Origin: Promethearchaeota archaeon
GTDB taxonomy: Archaea > Asgardarchaeota > Lokiarchaeia > Sigyniarchaeales > SOKP01
Reading direction: 5' to 3'
Length of the DNA stretch: 64,000 nt
NCBI GenBank assembly: GCA_048937405.1
Contig: JBHLNF010000003.1
Coordinates: 160,001 to 224,000, forward strand
Made by a program: the position numbers and the translations under genes. This document shows positions 1-9,427 of the stretch, in pieces. Position 1 is the first letter of the stretch; each line of letters starts with the position of its first letter. The notes beneath the pieces were generated by a model. It ran no database searches. It was not told the origin of the DNA and was given only the letters and a program-made list of their open reading frames with translations.

Positions 1-51
1 GCAAAATGGGCCGCAAATTTGAATATAATAGATGCAGTCAGAACGAGGTAA
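1..51 (+). CDS. 3' end of a probable ABC transporter permease (FtsX/MacB family), partial
   Basis: Frame 1 reads AKWAANLNIIDAVRTR*, resembling the A-x-x-A-A-x-L-x-x-x-x-A-L-R C-terminus of FtsX-type permeases; lies directly upstream of two LolD-like ATPases. Confidence 0.55.
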   Translation, partial: AKWAANLNIIDAVRTR

Positions 52-72
52 TTTAAATTAAATTGAAAAGAG

Positions 73-882
73 GTGTTAAAAATATCAATTAAAAAGAAAA
101 AAGTAAGAATGAATAAGGAACAAAGATCTACAGCAAAAGCAGTAAGTATTGATCCTAATATAGTTCTTGAGGTACATGATCTTGTTAAAACTTATACTGT
201 AGGAAATTCCGTAATAACAGCACTTAAAAAGGTTAACCTTAAAATTAGAAAAGGTGAGTTTCTTGCTGTTGTAGGACCATCAGGTTCAGGGAAAACAACT
301 TTAATAAATTGTTTAGGTGCTCTCGATTTCCCAGATTCTGGTAAGATCATTTATAATGTGGACGCTAAAGGAATGGGCCTTGATATCACAGAAATGACAA
401 ATAAGCAACACAAAAAAATGAGATTAAGAAAGATTGGATTAATATTCCAATTCTATAATCTTTTTCCAATCCTAACTGCTTATGAGAATGTTGAGCTTCC
501 AATGGTAATTGACAAGAAAGATCCTAAATTAAGAAAAGAAAAGGTTAAAAATCTTTTAACAAGAATTGGTCTTGAGAAACGAATGGAACATTTACCAACA
601 CAAATGTCTGGTGGAGAACAACAGAGAGTTACAATAGCTAGAGCTCTGGTTAACGATCCTCTAATCATTCTTGCTGATGAACCTACTGGTGAATTAGATA
701 CTGAAACAACTACAAATATCATGAAAATCTTCCTTGATTTAAAGAACGCTGGTGAGTCGATTTTAATGGTTACACATAATATAAGGATAGCAGAAGTAGC
801 AGATCGGATTATCACTCTTACTGATGGTCAATTTACAGGAGAAAAAGTTGGTGGAAAATCAATTGAAGATATTTACAAATAA
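73..882 (+). CDS. ABC transporter ATP-binding protein (LolD/MacB family); true start may be the ATG at 109
   Basis: Walker A GPSGSGKTT, signature MSGGEQQRV, Walker B ILADEPTGELD, H-loop VTHN. Confidence 0.93.
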   Translation: MLKISIKKKKVRMNKEQRSTAKAVSIDPNIVLEVHDLVKTYTVGNSVITALKKVNLKIRKGEFLAVVGPSGSGKTTLINCLGALDFPDSGKIIYNVDAKGMGLDITEMTNKQHKKMRLRKIGLIFQFYNLFPILTAYENVELPMVIDKKDPKLRKEKVKNLLTRIGLEKRMEHLPTQMSGGEQQRVTIARALVNDPLIILADEPTGELDTETTTNIMKIFLDLKNAGESILMVTHNIRIAEVADRIITLTDGQFTGEKVGGKSIEDIYK

Positions 883-901
883 TACAATAGAGGTTTAAAA
901 A

Positions 902-1660
902 ATGAAAAAATCAAAAAAAAGTAAAGAAACTGTTTCAGTAATTCAAGAAACAAGAAATTATGATTTGAAACCAGATGCAATTATCCAAACATTTGATTTA
1001 ACTAAAATATATAATATTACAGAAGGTATTGAAATAAGAGCATTAAATGGGGTAAGTATTAGTATTAAAAAAGGTGAATTTATATCTGTTATGGGTCCCT
1101 CTGGGTCTGGAAAAACAACACTTTTAAATATGATTGGTGCTCTTGATAATCCTTCGAGTGGTGCCGTATTTATAAATGGGACGAATATCGCTCATATGGA
1201 AGATGAAAAACGCACAGAATTAAGACTTAAAGAGATAGGATTTATTTTTCAATTCTATAATTTAGTACCTGTACTTTCTGCTTATGAAAATGTAGAACTT
1301 CCAATGGTATTTGCAGGGAGACCTAAACAAAAAATAGAAGAAAATGTTAATAAATTTCTAGATCTTGTAGGATTAAGTAATAAAAAGGATCATCTGCCTT
1401 CAGAACTTTCAGGAGGAGAACAGCAGAGAGTTGCAATCGCACGCGCATTATGTAATGAGCCTTCTATTTTAATAGCTGACGAGCCAACAGGCGAACTTGA
1501 TACGAAAATGGGTATGGAAATTGTTAATTTACTTCGAGAACTCAATAAGGAGCTTAATCAATCTATTTTAATGGTTACTCATGATCCTATGATCGGTGCT
1601 CTTGCGGAAAGAATGCTAAAAATGAGAGACGGAAAAATAATCGAGATTATAAGCAAATAA
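902..1660 (+). CDS. ABC transporter ATP-binding protein (LolD/MacB family), paralog of 73..882
   Basis: GPSGSGKTT, LSGGEQQRVAIARAL, ADEPTGELD, VTHD; GAGGT SD-like sequence upstream. Confidence 0.93.
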   Translation: MKKSKKSKETVSVIQETRNYDLKPDAIIQTFDLTKIYNITEGIEIRALNGVSISIKKGEFISVMGPSGSGKTTLLNMIGALDNPSSGAVFINGTNIAHMEDEKRTELRLKEIGFIFQFYNLVPVLSAYENVELPMVFAGRPKQKIEENVNKFLDLVGLSNKKDHLPSELSGGEQQRVAIARALCNEPSILIADEPTGELDTKMGMEIVNLLRELNKELNQSILMVTHDPMIGALAERMLKMRDGKIIEIISK

Positions 1661-1838
1661 ATTTAAAATTATTTCTCATGCCATTCAAAAATAATCCGAA
1701 AATCTTTTAATTGTCAAAAAACGACACAAATCCAAATTTGTTTTTTATTTTTTTATTTTCACTTATATTTAAAATTTAATTGTAAACAAGTATTCTAAAT
1801 TATAAATTTAAATCATTTCTTCCTTAACGTGATTTGAA

Positions 1839-3086
1839 ATGCAAGAAAAAATTATTAAGGACAGTATATTAGAAAAGATGACTTTAGAAAATGTCTTCAA
1901 AATTTTTAACAGTAATATTTATCCAATGCTAAAAGATGAAGATATTCAGTTTTGCGAAGAGTTAGAGAATTTTTGTTTAGAACTTCATCCTAAAATTGAT
2001 AAAAGTCAAGATGTTTATAGTTTAATACCAAAACTAGGTAAGTATGGATATATACAGCGTATAAATCAATATAAGGATTTCACACCCTTTGGGATAAAGA
2101 AGGAAGTACTCTTAGCTGCAATAATGTCTCTATGTGATCCTCAATTAGAATTCGCTCGAATAGCAAGTGGAAATCTTTGTGGGAATCCCACCTTTCACTA
2201 TGGGAAAACAGAAGAGATTTTTAAGGTACAAGAAGAACTTATGACAGGGAAAGCAATAGGGAGTATTTGTATAACTGAACCTGATAGAGGATCAGATGCT
2301 GTGAATTTAAATACAACTTGCACTAAAACGGATGATGGAATTATCTTTAATGGTGAAAAAGTTTTTACCACTAATGGTCCTAAATCAAAATACTTTGTTA
2401 GTTATGGTGTTTATGATACTAAAAATCCCAGAGATACTATGGTCCAAGGGATGGTCTCTAGAGATTTTGGAGGTGTAGAAACAAAAAGATTAAAAATTAA
2501 TTCTGTTCCTCGTGTTCATATTGCTCATACTATATTAGATAATGTGAAGGTGCCGATGGAATATATTTTAGGTGATAATGGAAAAGGATATCATAATCTT
2601 TTTGGTGGTTTAGTACCAGAGCGTCTTGGATTAATGGGAAGTGCTCTTGGTAGATGTTGGTCAGCATTAATTTATGGTTTAATTTATACTAATCTCCGAA
2701 AACAATTTGGGAAACCCATTATACAACACCAAGGAGTAGGATTTGGATTTGCTGACCTATTGGCAAAAAATACTGCTGCTGCTTCATTAGCTTTACAAGC
2801 AGCAACAATTTATGATGAGAAAATATTATTTGCTGAGAAACCTTCAAAAGAAGCAGAAAAATGGGTTGCTGGTGTATCTTCTCAAGGAAAGTATTTTGTA
2901 TCAAAACTCTCACATGAAACTTGCTACGAAGTCCAACAACAAATGGGGGGTATTTCTATCACAGATAATACTCCATTAAATGAATTAATGGATGTAAGTA
3001 AAACTGAAGAATTTATTGGTGGAGCAAGAAACATACAATTGTTAATTATCCAGGGTGGACTTCGAAGAATAATGAGCAATCTTTAA
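1839..3086 (+). CDS. Acyl-CoA dehydrogenase family protein
   Basis: CITEPDRGSDA, NGEKVFTTNG, RKQFGKPIIQHQGV, QQMGG motifs. Confidence 0.9.
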   Translation: MQEKIIKDSILEKMTLENVFKIFNSNIYPMLKDEDIQFCEELENFCLELHPKIDKSQDVYSLIPKLGKYGYIQRINQYKDFTPFGIKKEVLLAAIMSLCDPQLEFARIASGNLCGNPTFHYGKTEEIFKVQEELMTGKAIGSICITEPDRGSDAVNLNTTCTKTDDGIIFNGEKVFTTNGPKSKYFVSYGVYDTKNPRDTMVQGMVSRDFGGVETKRLKINSVPRVHIAHTILDNVKVPMEYILGDNGKGYHNLFGGLVPERLGLMGSALGRCWSALIYGLIYTNLRKQFGKPIIQHQGVGFGFADLLAKNTAAASLALQAATIYDEKILFAEKPSKEAEKWVAGVSSQGKYFVSKLSHETCYEVQQQMGGISITDNTPLNELMDVSKTEEFIGGARNIQLLIIQGGLRRIMSNL

Positions 3087-3612
3087 TTAATAATTTTTTA
3101 TCTTTTTATAATCTAATGATAATTCTCCTATTTTTGAATCATGAGGAAAATTTTTAATGTGAAATAGTAAAATAATTAAATTTCATTGTTATAAAATGAT
3201 ATCATTTAATAGTATCAACAAATGAGTTATCAAATAAGTTAATTATTAGATTTAATATATTTATACTTAAGTTTGCCAAATCACTTAATTTATAGCATAA
3301 TTGAATTATGATAATAATCATTGATGAGTTTATTATTGCTGTTCTTTCTGATAAAGTTGTCAAAAATGAGAGAACATCATATAATTAAATCTAAATATTC
3401 TTATATAAGAATTTTTACACATTAATATATTCTTCAAAATTAAAAAATCTTTATGATAACAAATTTAGAAAATTCTCCGAAATTCTAATTCATATAAGCA
3501 AATAGATATTATTAAAAATAAAAATGACTATATTTTATCACAGGGAATTTTACTATATTTAGTTACTAATAATTCTATTAAATCTATAGAAAGAGAGTTC
3601 TATTACTTTAAG

Positions 3613-3948
3613 ATGTTTTTGATGATTGGGGATATAAAATGTGAATTCAATGAGTCTATTGAAAAATTTAGGTTATTTTCAGAAAAATCCCTCATCGGTA
3701 CAATTATAATCCAGGATGGTATATTTAAGTATTTTGATGAATTAATAGCTGAAATTTTTGGTTGTACGCTAGAGGAAATGAAAAGTTGGGCTCCTCATAA
3801 ATGATTAAGATTTATTTTTCCTAAAGATAAGATCTTATAGCGGAACAAGCGTACAGAAAAAAATCGGTTGATTCAGATATTGTTAATCAGAATATTTAGT
3901 ATAGTACAGAAAGATGAAGGTATTAGATGACTTGATATTTTCTCAAAA
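3613..3948 (+). pseudogene. Decayed N-terminal PAS module of the downstream histidine kinase
   Basis: Translates as SEKSLIGTIIIQDGIFKYFDE...KSWAPHK*, then fragments (AEQAYRKK, IVQKDEGIR*LDIFSK) interrupted by stops and frameshifts; collinear with the intact first PAS module of 9428..11335. Confidence 0.8.
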
Positions 3949-6288
3949 ATGATAAGTTATGAAGTATGTCTCTCATATTTAGTAATAATTAATGATATTA
4001 GCTATAAGGTAAAAGGTGAGCAAAAAATAAAATCTTCTGAAGAAAAATATCTAAACATTCTCGAGAATATGATGGATGGATATTATGAAACAGATCTTGA
4101 CGGTAAATTGCTTTATGTGAATACTGCATTTTGTAAAATTTTAGGATATTCAAAAGAAGAATTGATAGGAAAGGATAATCAAACATTTTATGATAAACAT
4201 TCACGAGATATTTTGTACAATATATTCTCCCAAGTATATAAAACAAGAACTCCTCGTCCTCCCTCAGGATTAGTTAAATTGATGACACTTAAGAAGAAGC
4301 TTATTTATTTAGAAGGTACAGTTGATTTATTATACGATTCTGAAGGTAATAAGGCCGGATTTTATGGTGTTGTTCGTGATATCACACAAAGGAAAATTGC
4401 TGAGCAAAAATTGAAAGAATCTGAAGAAAAATTCAGAAATATCGCAGATAATTCAGTATTAGGGATAACTATGATACAAGATGGCATATATAAATATTTC
4501 AATAACAGAGTTAATGAAATTAGTGGCTACTCTGCAGAAGATATTAAAAGCTGGGCTCCTAATGAATTTGCTAAAACAATTTATCCTGAAGATCGAGAAT
4601 TTGTAATGACACAAGCACGTAAGAAACAAACAGATGATCCTAATGTTGTCAATCAATACTCACACCGAATAATAAGGAAAGATGGGGAGATCAGATGGCT
4701 TGAAATTCTCTCGAAAACTATAAATTATGAAGGACGTCCAGCAGATTTAGCAATGGTCATTGACATTACTGATAAAATAAAAGCTGAAAGGCAATTAAGA
4801 GATTCAGAGGAAAAATTTTCTAAAGCATTCAATTCAAATATTTTATCTATGAGTATATCATCCTTTGAAGATGGTAAATTCATTGAAGTAAATGATGCTT
4901 TTTTAAAGTTTTTAGGTCGTTCTAGAGAAGAAGTTATTGGTAAAACGACTGATGAGCTAGGCTTATGGGTCAATGAAAAAGTGCGGAAAAGATTTTTAAG
5001 AATTATTGATAAACATGGAAGTCTATTTAATATAGAAACCAAAGATATACCAAGAACAGGAGAACCTAAATATGGATTAGTCTCTTATATTAAAATCATC
5101 CTTAATGAGAAACCCTTTCTTCTTAGTATTCTAAATAACATAACTCCCAGGAAATTAGCTGAGCAGCAATTAAAAGAATCAGAAGAAAAATTTAGATATA
5201 TCGCAGATCATTCATTATTGGGGATAACTATCCTACAAGATGGAGTATTAAAATATTATAATAAAAAAGTTGCTGAAACTTTTGGAGTGTCAGAAGAAGA
5301 GATTAAAAATTGGGGTCCTGGAGAATCATTAAAACTTATACATCCTGATGATCGCGATATTGTAAGGCGACAAGCAATTAAAGTACAAAACGGTGAATTT
5401 GATGATGTATTGAACTATAAATATAGAATAGTAAAGAAGGATGGAAAAATTGGATGGCGTGAAACTTTCTCGAAATCAATAATTTATGAAGGTCACCCAG
5501 CAGCTTTTGGAATTCATATTGATATTACAGAAAAGATCGAAGCTGAAAAGAAGCTAAAAGAATCCAAGGAAAAATATCTTCGAGCATATAATCAGGCAGA
5601 ATTTTATAAAGACCTTTTTATCCATGATATAAATAATACTCTCCAAAGTCTATATTCCTCTATCCAATTAATCGATATGGGCCTTGATGGGATTAGAGAA
5701 AATAATGATACTAGAGAACTCATAGATATTATGGATAGGCAGATCAAAAGAGGGATAAAGTTAATTTCTAATGTTCGTAAATTATCTCAATTGGAAGATC
5801 ATAAGATTTCCATTGAGGAAGTTAATGTCTTTAAGGTTTTAAAGCGATCTATAGAATTTTTAAAGAATTCATTTCAAGATAGGAAAATTAAAATAAAATG
5901 TGATACAATTAATAAGAAGTCCTTATTACTTGGTAATGATTTGCTTCAAGATGTATTCGAGAATATTCTAATCAACTCAGTTAGGCATAATAAAAATGAT
6001 GTTGTAGAAATAATAATAAGAACTTCACAAGTAGATCAGGATGGTACGACCTACTGTAAACTTGAATTTATTGACAATGGCATCGGGATTGAGGATGAGC
6101 GAAAGGAAAGTGTATTAACTCGTGGAGATCCAAATTCTAAAACTACATATGGGATGGGATTGGGTTTATCTTTAGTCAAAAAAATTATCGAGACTTATGG
6201 TGGAAAAATCTGGATTGAAGATAAAGTTAAAGGTGACTATTCTAAGGGAACTAATGTCATTTTATTAGTACAAAAAGGTGGTTATTGA
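3949..6288 (+). CDS. Multi-PAS sensor histidine kinase (4 intact PAS + HisKA + HATPase)
   Basis: Repeated PAS/PAC units separated by LKESEEKF linkers; H-box FIHDINN, N-box ENILINSVRHN, G1 DNGIGI, G2 GMGLGL. Confidence 0.92.
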   Translation: MISYEVCLSYLVIINDISYKVKGEQKIKSSEEKYLNILENMMDGYYETDLDGKLLYVNTAFCKILGYSKEELIGKDNQTFYDKHSRDILYNIFSQVYKTRTPRPPSGLVKLMTLKKKLIYLEGTVDLLYDSEGNKAGFYGVVRDITQRKIAEQKLKESEEKFRNIADNSVLGITMIQDGIYKYFNNRVNEISGYSAEDIKSWAPNEFAKTIYPEDREFVMTQARKKQTDDPNVVNQYSHRIIRKDGEIRWLEILSKTINYEGRPADLAMVIDITDKIKAERQLRDSEEKFSKAFNSNILSMSISSFEDGKFIEVNDAFLKFLGRSREEVIGKTTDELGLWVNEKVRKRFLRIIDKHGSLFNIETKDIPRTGEPKYGLVSYIKIILNEKPFLLSILNNITPRKLAEQQLKESEEKFRYIADHSLLGITILQDGVLKYYNKKVAETFGVSEEEIKNWGPGESLKLIHPDDRDIVRRQAIKVQNGEFDDVLNYKYRIVKKDGKIGWRETFSKSIIYEGHPAAFGIHIDITEKIEAEKKLKESKEKYLRAYNQAEFYKDLFIHDINNTLQSLYSSIQLIDMGLDGIRENNDTRELIDIMDRQIKRGIKLISNVRKLSQLEDHKISIEEVNVFKVLKRSIEFLKNSFQDRKIKIKCDTINKKSLLLGNDLLQDVFENILINSVRHNKNDVVEIIIRTSQVDQDGTTYCKLEFIDNGIGIEDERKESVLTRGDPNSKTTYGMGLGLSLVKKIIETYGGKIWIEDKVKGDYSKGTNVILLVQKGGY

Positions 6289-6659
6289 TAAATATTTCAA
6301 TTCTAATAGTTGATGATGATACAGATATTTTATTTTTGTATCAAAAAATGATAGAACGTATTGGGTTTGAGGTAATGGGAATAGCTCTTAATGGAGAAGA
6401 AGCTGTACAACTATTTAAATCATTTCAAAGAAAACCTGATATAATTCTGATGGATCATCGGATGCCAAAGAAAAATGGTCTTGAGGCTACAAAAGAGATT
6501 TTAAGTATAAACAATAACTCCAAAATTATTTTTGCGAGTGCGGATAAAAGTGTTGAAAAGGAAGCCCTTTCAGTTGGAGCCATAAGCTTCAAAGAGAAAC
6601 CATTTAGCATGGAAAACCTGAAAAATAATATTCTAAAAGCCATGAATCTAACACAATAA
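6285..6659 (+). CDS. Stand-alone CheY-like response regulator receiver
   Basis: ILIVDDD, phospho-Asp in LMDHRMP, FASA, KP; TTG start overlaps the kinase TGA (TTGA) behind a GGTGGT SD. Confidence 0.92.
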   Translation: MINISILIVDDDTDILFLYQKMIERIGFEVMGIALNGEEAVQLFKSFQRKPDIILMDHRMPKKNGLEATKEILSINNNSKIIFASADKSVEKEALSVGAISFKEKPFSMENLKNNILKAMNLTQ

Positions 6660-7088
6660 CTTCAGATAAATTAGCTTATAGAAATTCTATTTATTTTATC
6701 AACAGTAATTTGATAATATGAAGAGGTATAACATGCTAAATCTTAAAATAAAGGATTTATTTGATCTTACCAAGTTTCTTACTATTTATACCACCTTTAA
6801 TGAGAAAATTATTACAGATATTACTATTCAATGATCTAATCGTGATTAAGAAATTATTGAAACCATAATTATTAATTATTATATTCATGTATTTTTTTGA
6901 CTTTAAAATCTTAAAATTTGTCAATTATTATGATTCTATAAGATTCCTTATTCTTTTGAAATTATAAAATAAAACGATATTCTTAAAAATATATTCTTCT
7001 ATATTTAATTCAGTTAATTTTGCTTTAATTTAGTTACCACATCAAAAGTAAATACAAAGTAAAACAGTAGACTGTTGAGGCTTCTCAG

Positions 7089-8615
7089 ATGATAAATGAT
7101 TCAAATGATGACTTAAATCGATTAATTGAAAACTTTAAGATCATTTCTGAACAGTCTCTCTTTGGGATAATAATAATACAGGATGGTAAATTAAAATATT
7201 TTAATAAGAGAGTATCTGAAACTTCTGGGTATTCAAAAGAAGAGATTGAAAGTTGGGCTCCTAATGATTTTCTTAATACTATCCATCCTGAAGATCGGGA
7301 ATTCGTCGCGGAACAAGCACGTAAAAGGCAATTAGCTGATCCAGATGTTATCGATCAATATAAATATAGAACAATAAGAAAGAACGGAGAGATAGCATGG
7401 ATTGAAATCTTCACGAAAACAGTAAATTATGAAGGTCGTCCAGCCATTTTAGCAATGACTTATAACATTACTGAAAAAGTTAAAGCAGAACAGCAACTTA
7501 AGGAATCAGAAGAAAAATTTTCTAAGGCATTTAATTCTAATGCATTAGCAATGTGTATAACTACTTTTAAAGAAGGTATAGTGATTGAAGCAAACAAAGC
7601 CTTTTTAGATATTTTAGATATTTCTGAGAACGATTTTAAGGGTAAAACAATATTAGAATTAGGCGGATGGGGTTCTGATCAAAGTTGGAGAGAAACTGCA
7701 TTGAAAACTTTAGAGAATAAAGGAATGATTCTTAATTTCGAATCCGAAATTATATCACCTACAGGAACAGGAGAAAGTAAATTTGGTCTATTTTCATTTG
7801 TTAAAATTGAGCTTAATAAAAAGCCTTTTGTTCTTACTATTATAAACGATATTACTCGCTTAAAACTAGCTGAAAGAAAGTTAAAAGACTCAAAGGAGAA
7901 ATATCTTCGAGCATATAATCAGGCAGAATTTTATAAAGATCTCTTTATCCACGATATAAATAATACTCTCCAGAGTCTTTATTCCTCTATCCAATTAATC
8001 GATATGGACTTAGAAGACAGTAGAAAAAATAATAATATTAAAGAACTCATCGATATTGTATATAGACAGATTAATAGAGGTACAAAATTAGTTTCTAATG
8101 TTCGCAAATTATCTCAATTGGAAGAGCATGAAATCTCCATTGAGGAAGTTGAACTATTTGATTTTTTAAATCGATCCATAGAGTTTTTAAAGAATTCATT
8201 TCAAGAGAGGAAAATTCAAATTAATATTGATATAATTAACGAGAAGATCTTAGTAAGAGGTAATGAGTTACTTCAAGATGTATTCGAAAATATTCTTATC
8301 AACTCAGTTAGGCATAATAATAATGATATTGTAGAAATAATAATAAAAACTTCACAAGTAGAACAGGATGGTACGACCTTCTATAAACTTGAATTTATTG
8401 ACAATGGCATCGGGATTGAGGATGAGCGTAAGGAAAGTGTTTTATCTCGGGTATATTCCGATTCAAAAACTACGTATGGAATGGGATTAGGCTTAACATT
8501 AGTTAAAAAAATTATTGAGAATTATGGTGGAAAAATCTGGATTGAAGATAAAGTTGAAGGTGACTATTCTAAAGGAACTAATGTCATTTTATTAATACAA
8601 AAAGGTGGTTCTTAA
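7089..8615 (+). CDS. PAS sensor histidine kinase (2 PAS)
   Basis: Two PAS modules; FIHDINN, NSVRHN, DNGIGI, GMGLGL. Confidence 0.92.
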   Translation: MINDSNDDLNRLIENFKIISEQSLFGIIIIQDGKLKYFNKRVSETSGYSKEEIESWAPNDFLNTIHPEDREFVAEQARKRQLADPDVIDQYKYRTIRKNGEIAWIEIFTKTVNYEGRPAILAMTYNITEKVKAEQQLKESEEKFSKAFNSNALAMCITTFKEGIVIEANKAFLDILDISENDFKGKTILELGGWGSDQSWRETALKTLENKGMILNFESEIISPTGTGESKFGLFSFVKIELNKKPFVLTIINDITRLKLAERKLKDSKEKYLRAYNQAEFYKDLFIHDINNTLQSLYSSIQLIDMDLEDSRKNNNIKELIDIVYRQINRGTKLVSNVRKLSQLEEHEISIEEVELFDFLNRSIEFLKNSFQERKIQINIDIINEKILVRGNELLQDVFENILINSVRHNNNDIVEIIIKTSQVEQDGTTFYKLEFIDNGIGIEDERKESVLSRVYSDSKTTYGMGLGLTLVKKIIENYGGKIWIEDKVEGDYSKGTNVILLIQKGGS

Positions 8616-8986
8616 TAACTATTTCAATTCTAATAGTTGATGATGATACAGACATTCTATTTCTGTATCAAAAAATGATAGAACATATTGGTTTTGAGGT
8701 AGTAGGAATAGCTCATAATGGTGAAAAAGCAGTAGAACTGTATAAATCGCTTCAAAGAAAACCTGATATAATTTTGATGGATCATCGGATGCCAAAGAAA
8801 AATGGTGTTGAAGCCACAAAAGAGATCTTAAGCATATGTAATTATACTAGAATTATTTTTACGAGTGCTGATAAAAGTGTTGAAAAGGAAGCCCTTTCAA
8901 TTGGGGCTGTAAGTTTTTTAGAAAAACCCTTTAGTTTGGAAAGATTAAGGATGAGTATTTTAAATGCCACAAATTTAATTCAGTAA
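8612..8986 (+). CDS. CheY-like receiver; homologous start codon is TTA/ATA rather than TTG (ORF track starts it late at 8675)
   Basis: Open frame from 8612 reads L-I-T-I-S-I-L-I-V-D-D-D-T-D..., collinear with 6285 and 11332; LMDHRMP, FTSA, KP intact. Confidence 0.8.
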   Translation, partial: LITISILIVDDDTDILFLYQKMIEHIGFEVVGIAHNGEKAVELYKSLQRKPDIILMDHRMPKKNGVEATKEILSICNYTRIIFTSADKSVEKEALSIGAVSFLEKPFSLERLRMSILNATNLIQ

Positions 8987-9023
8987 ATATAATAAAAGAG
9001 AATATTCTTTATTTGTTTATATT

Positions 9024-9066
9024 TTTTATCCCTTGATGATTAGGACAGATTTTTCTACAAATATTA
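9024..9066. repeat. 43-bp exact direct repeat with 11744..11786, within about 80 bp of similar sequence after receivers 2 and 3
   Basis: ttttatcccttgatgattaggacagatttttctacaaatatta occurs at both positions, offset 2720 bp. Confidence 0.9.
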
Positions 9067-9427
9067 CAAGTTAAAAAATAATATTAAGTTTTCAACTACA
9101 ATAAATCATCCCAAATCATCATAATGTTCTCATATGAGCTTAAAATTGGTTTTCTTGTTGAAAATACTATAAAAATATGATATGACAAAATTCCTGTTCT
9201 CCAAATCTCTAAGAAGAAAATTTGAATAATTTTTTATTAAACTCAAAGCTGAAAAGTTTTTTCATGAGTTCTATAAAATTCTTGAAAATACCTTCCCTTT
9301 TAATAAATACATATTATTAAAAAGCATTTTTTCTATATTAATCATAATTGATTTTTCCTTATCTATTTACTTTATCTGTTTTAAATCTAGAGGTAAAACT
9401 TTCTAATATATTAAAGTGAATTAGATT

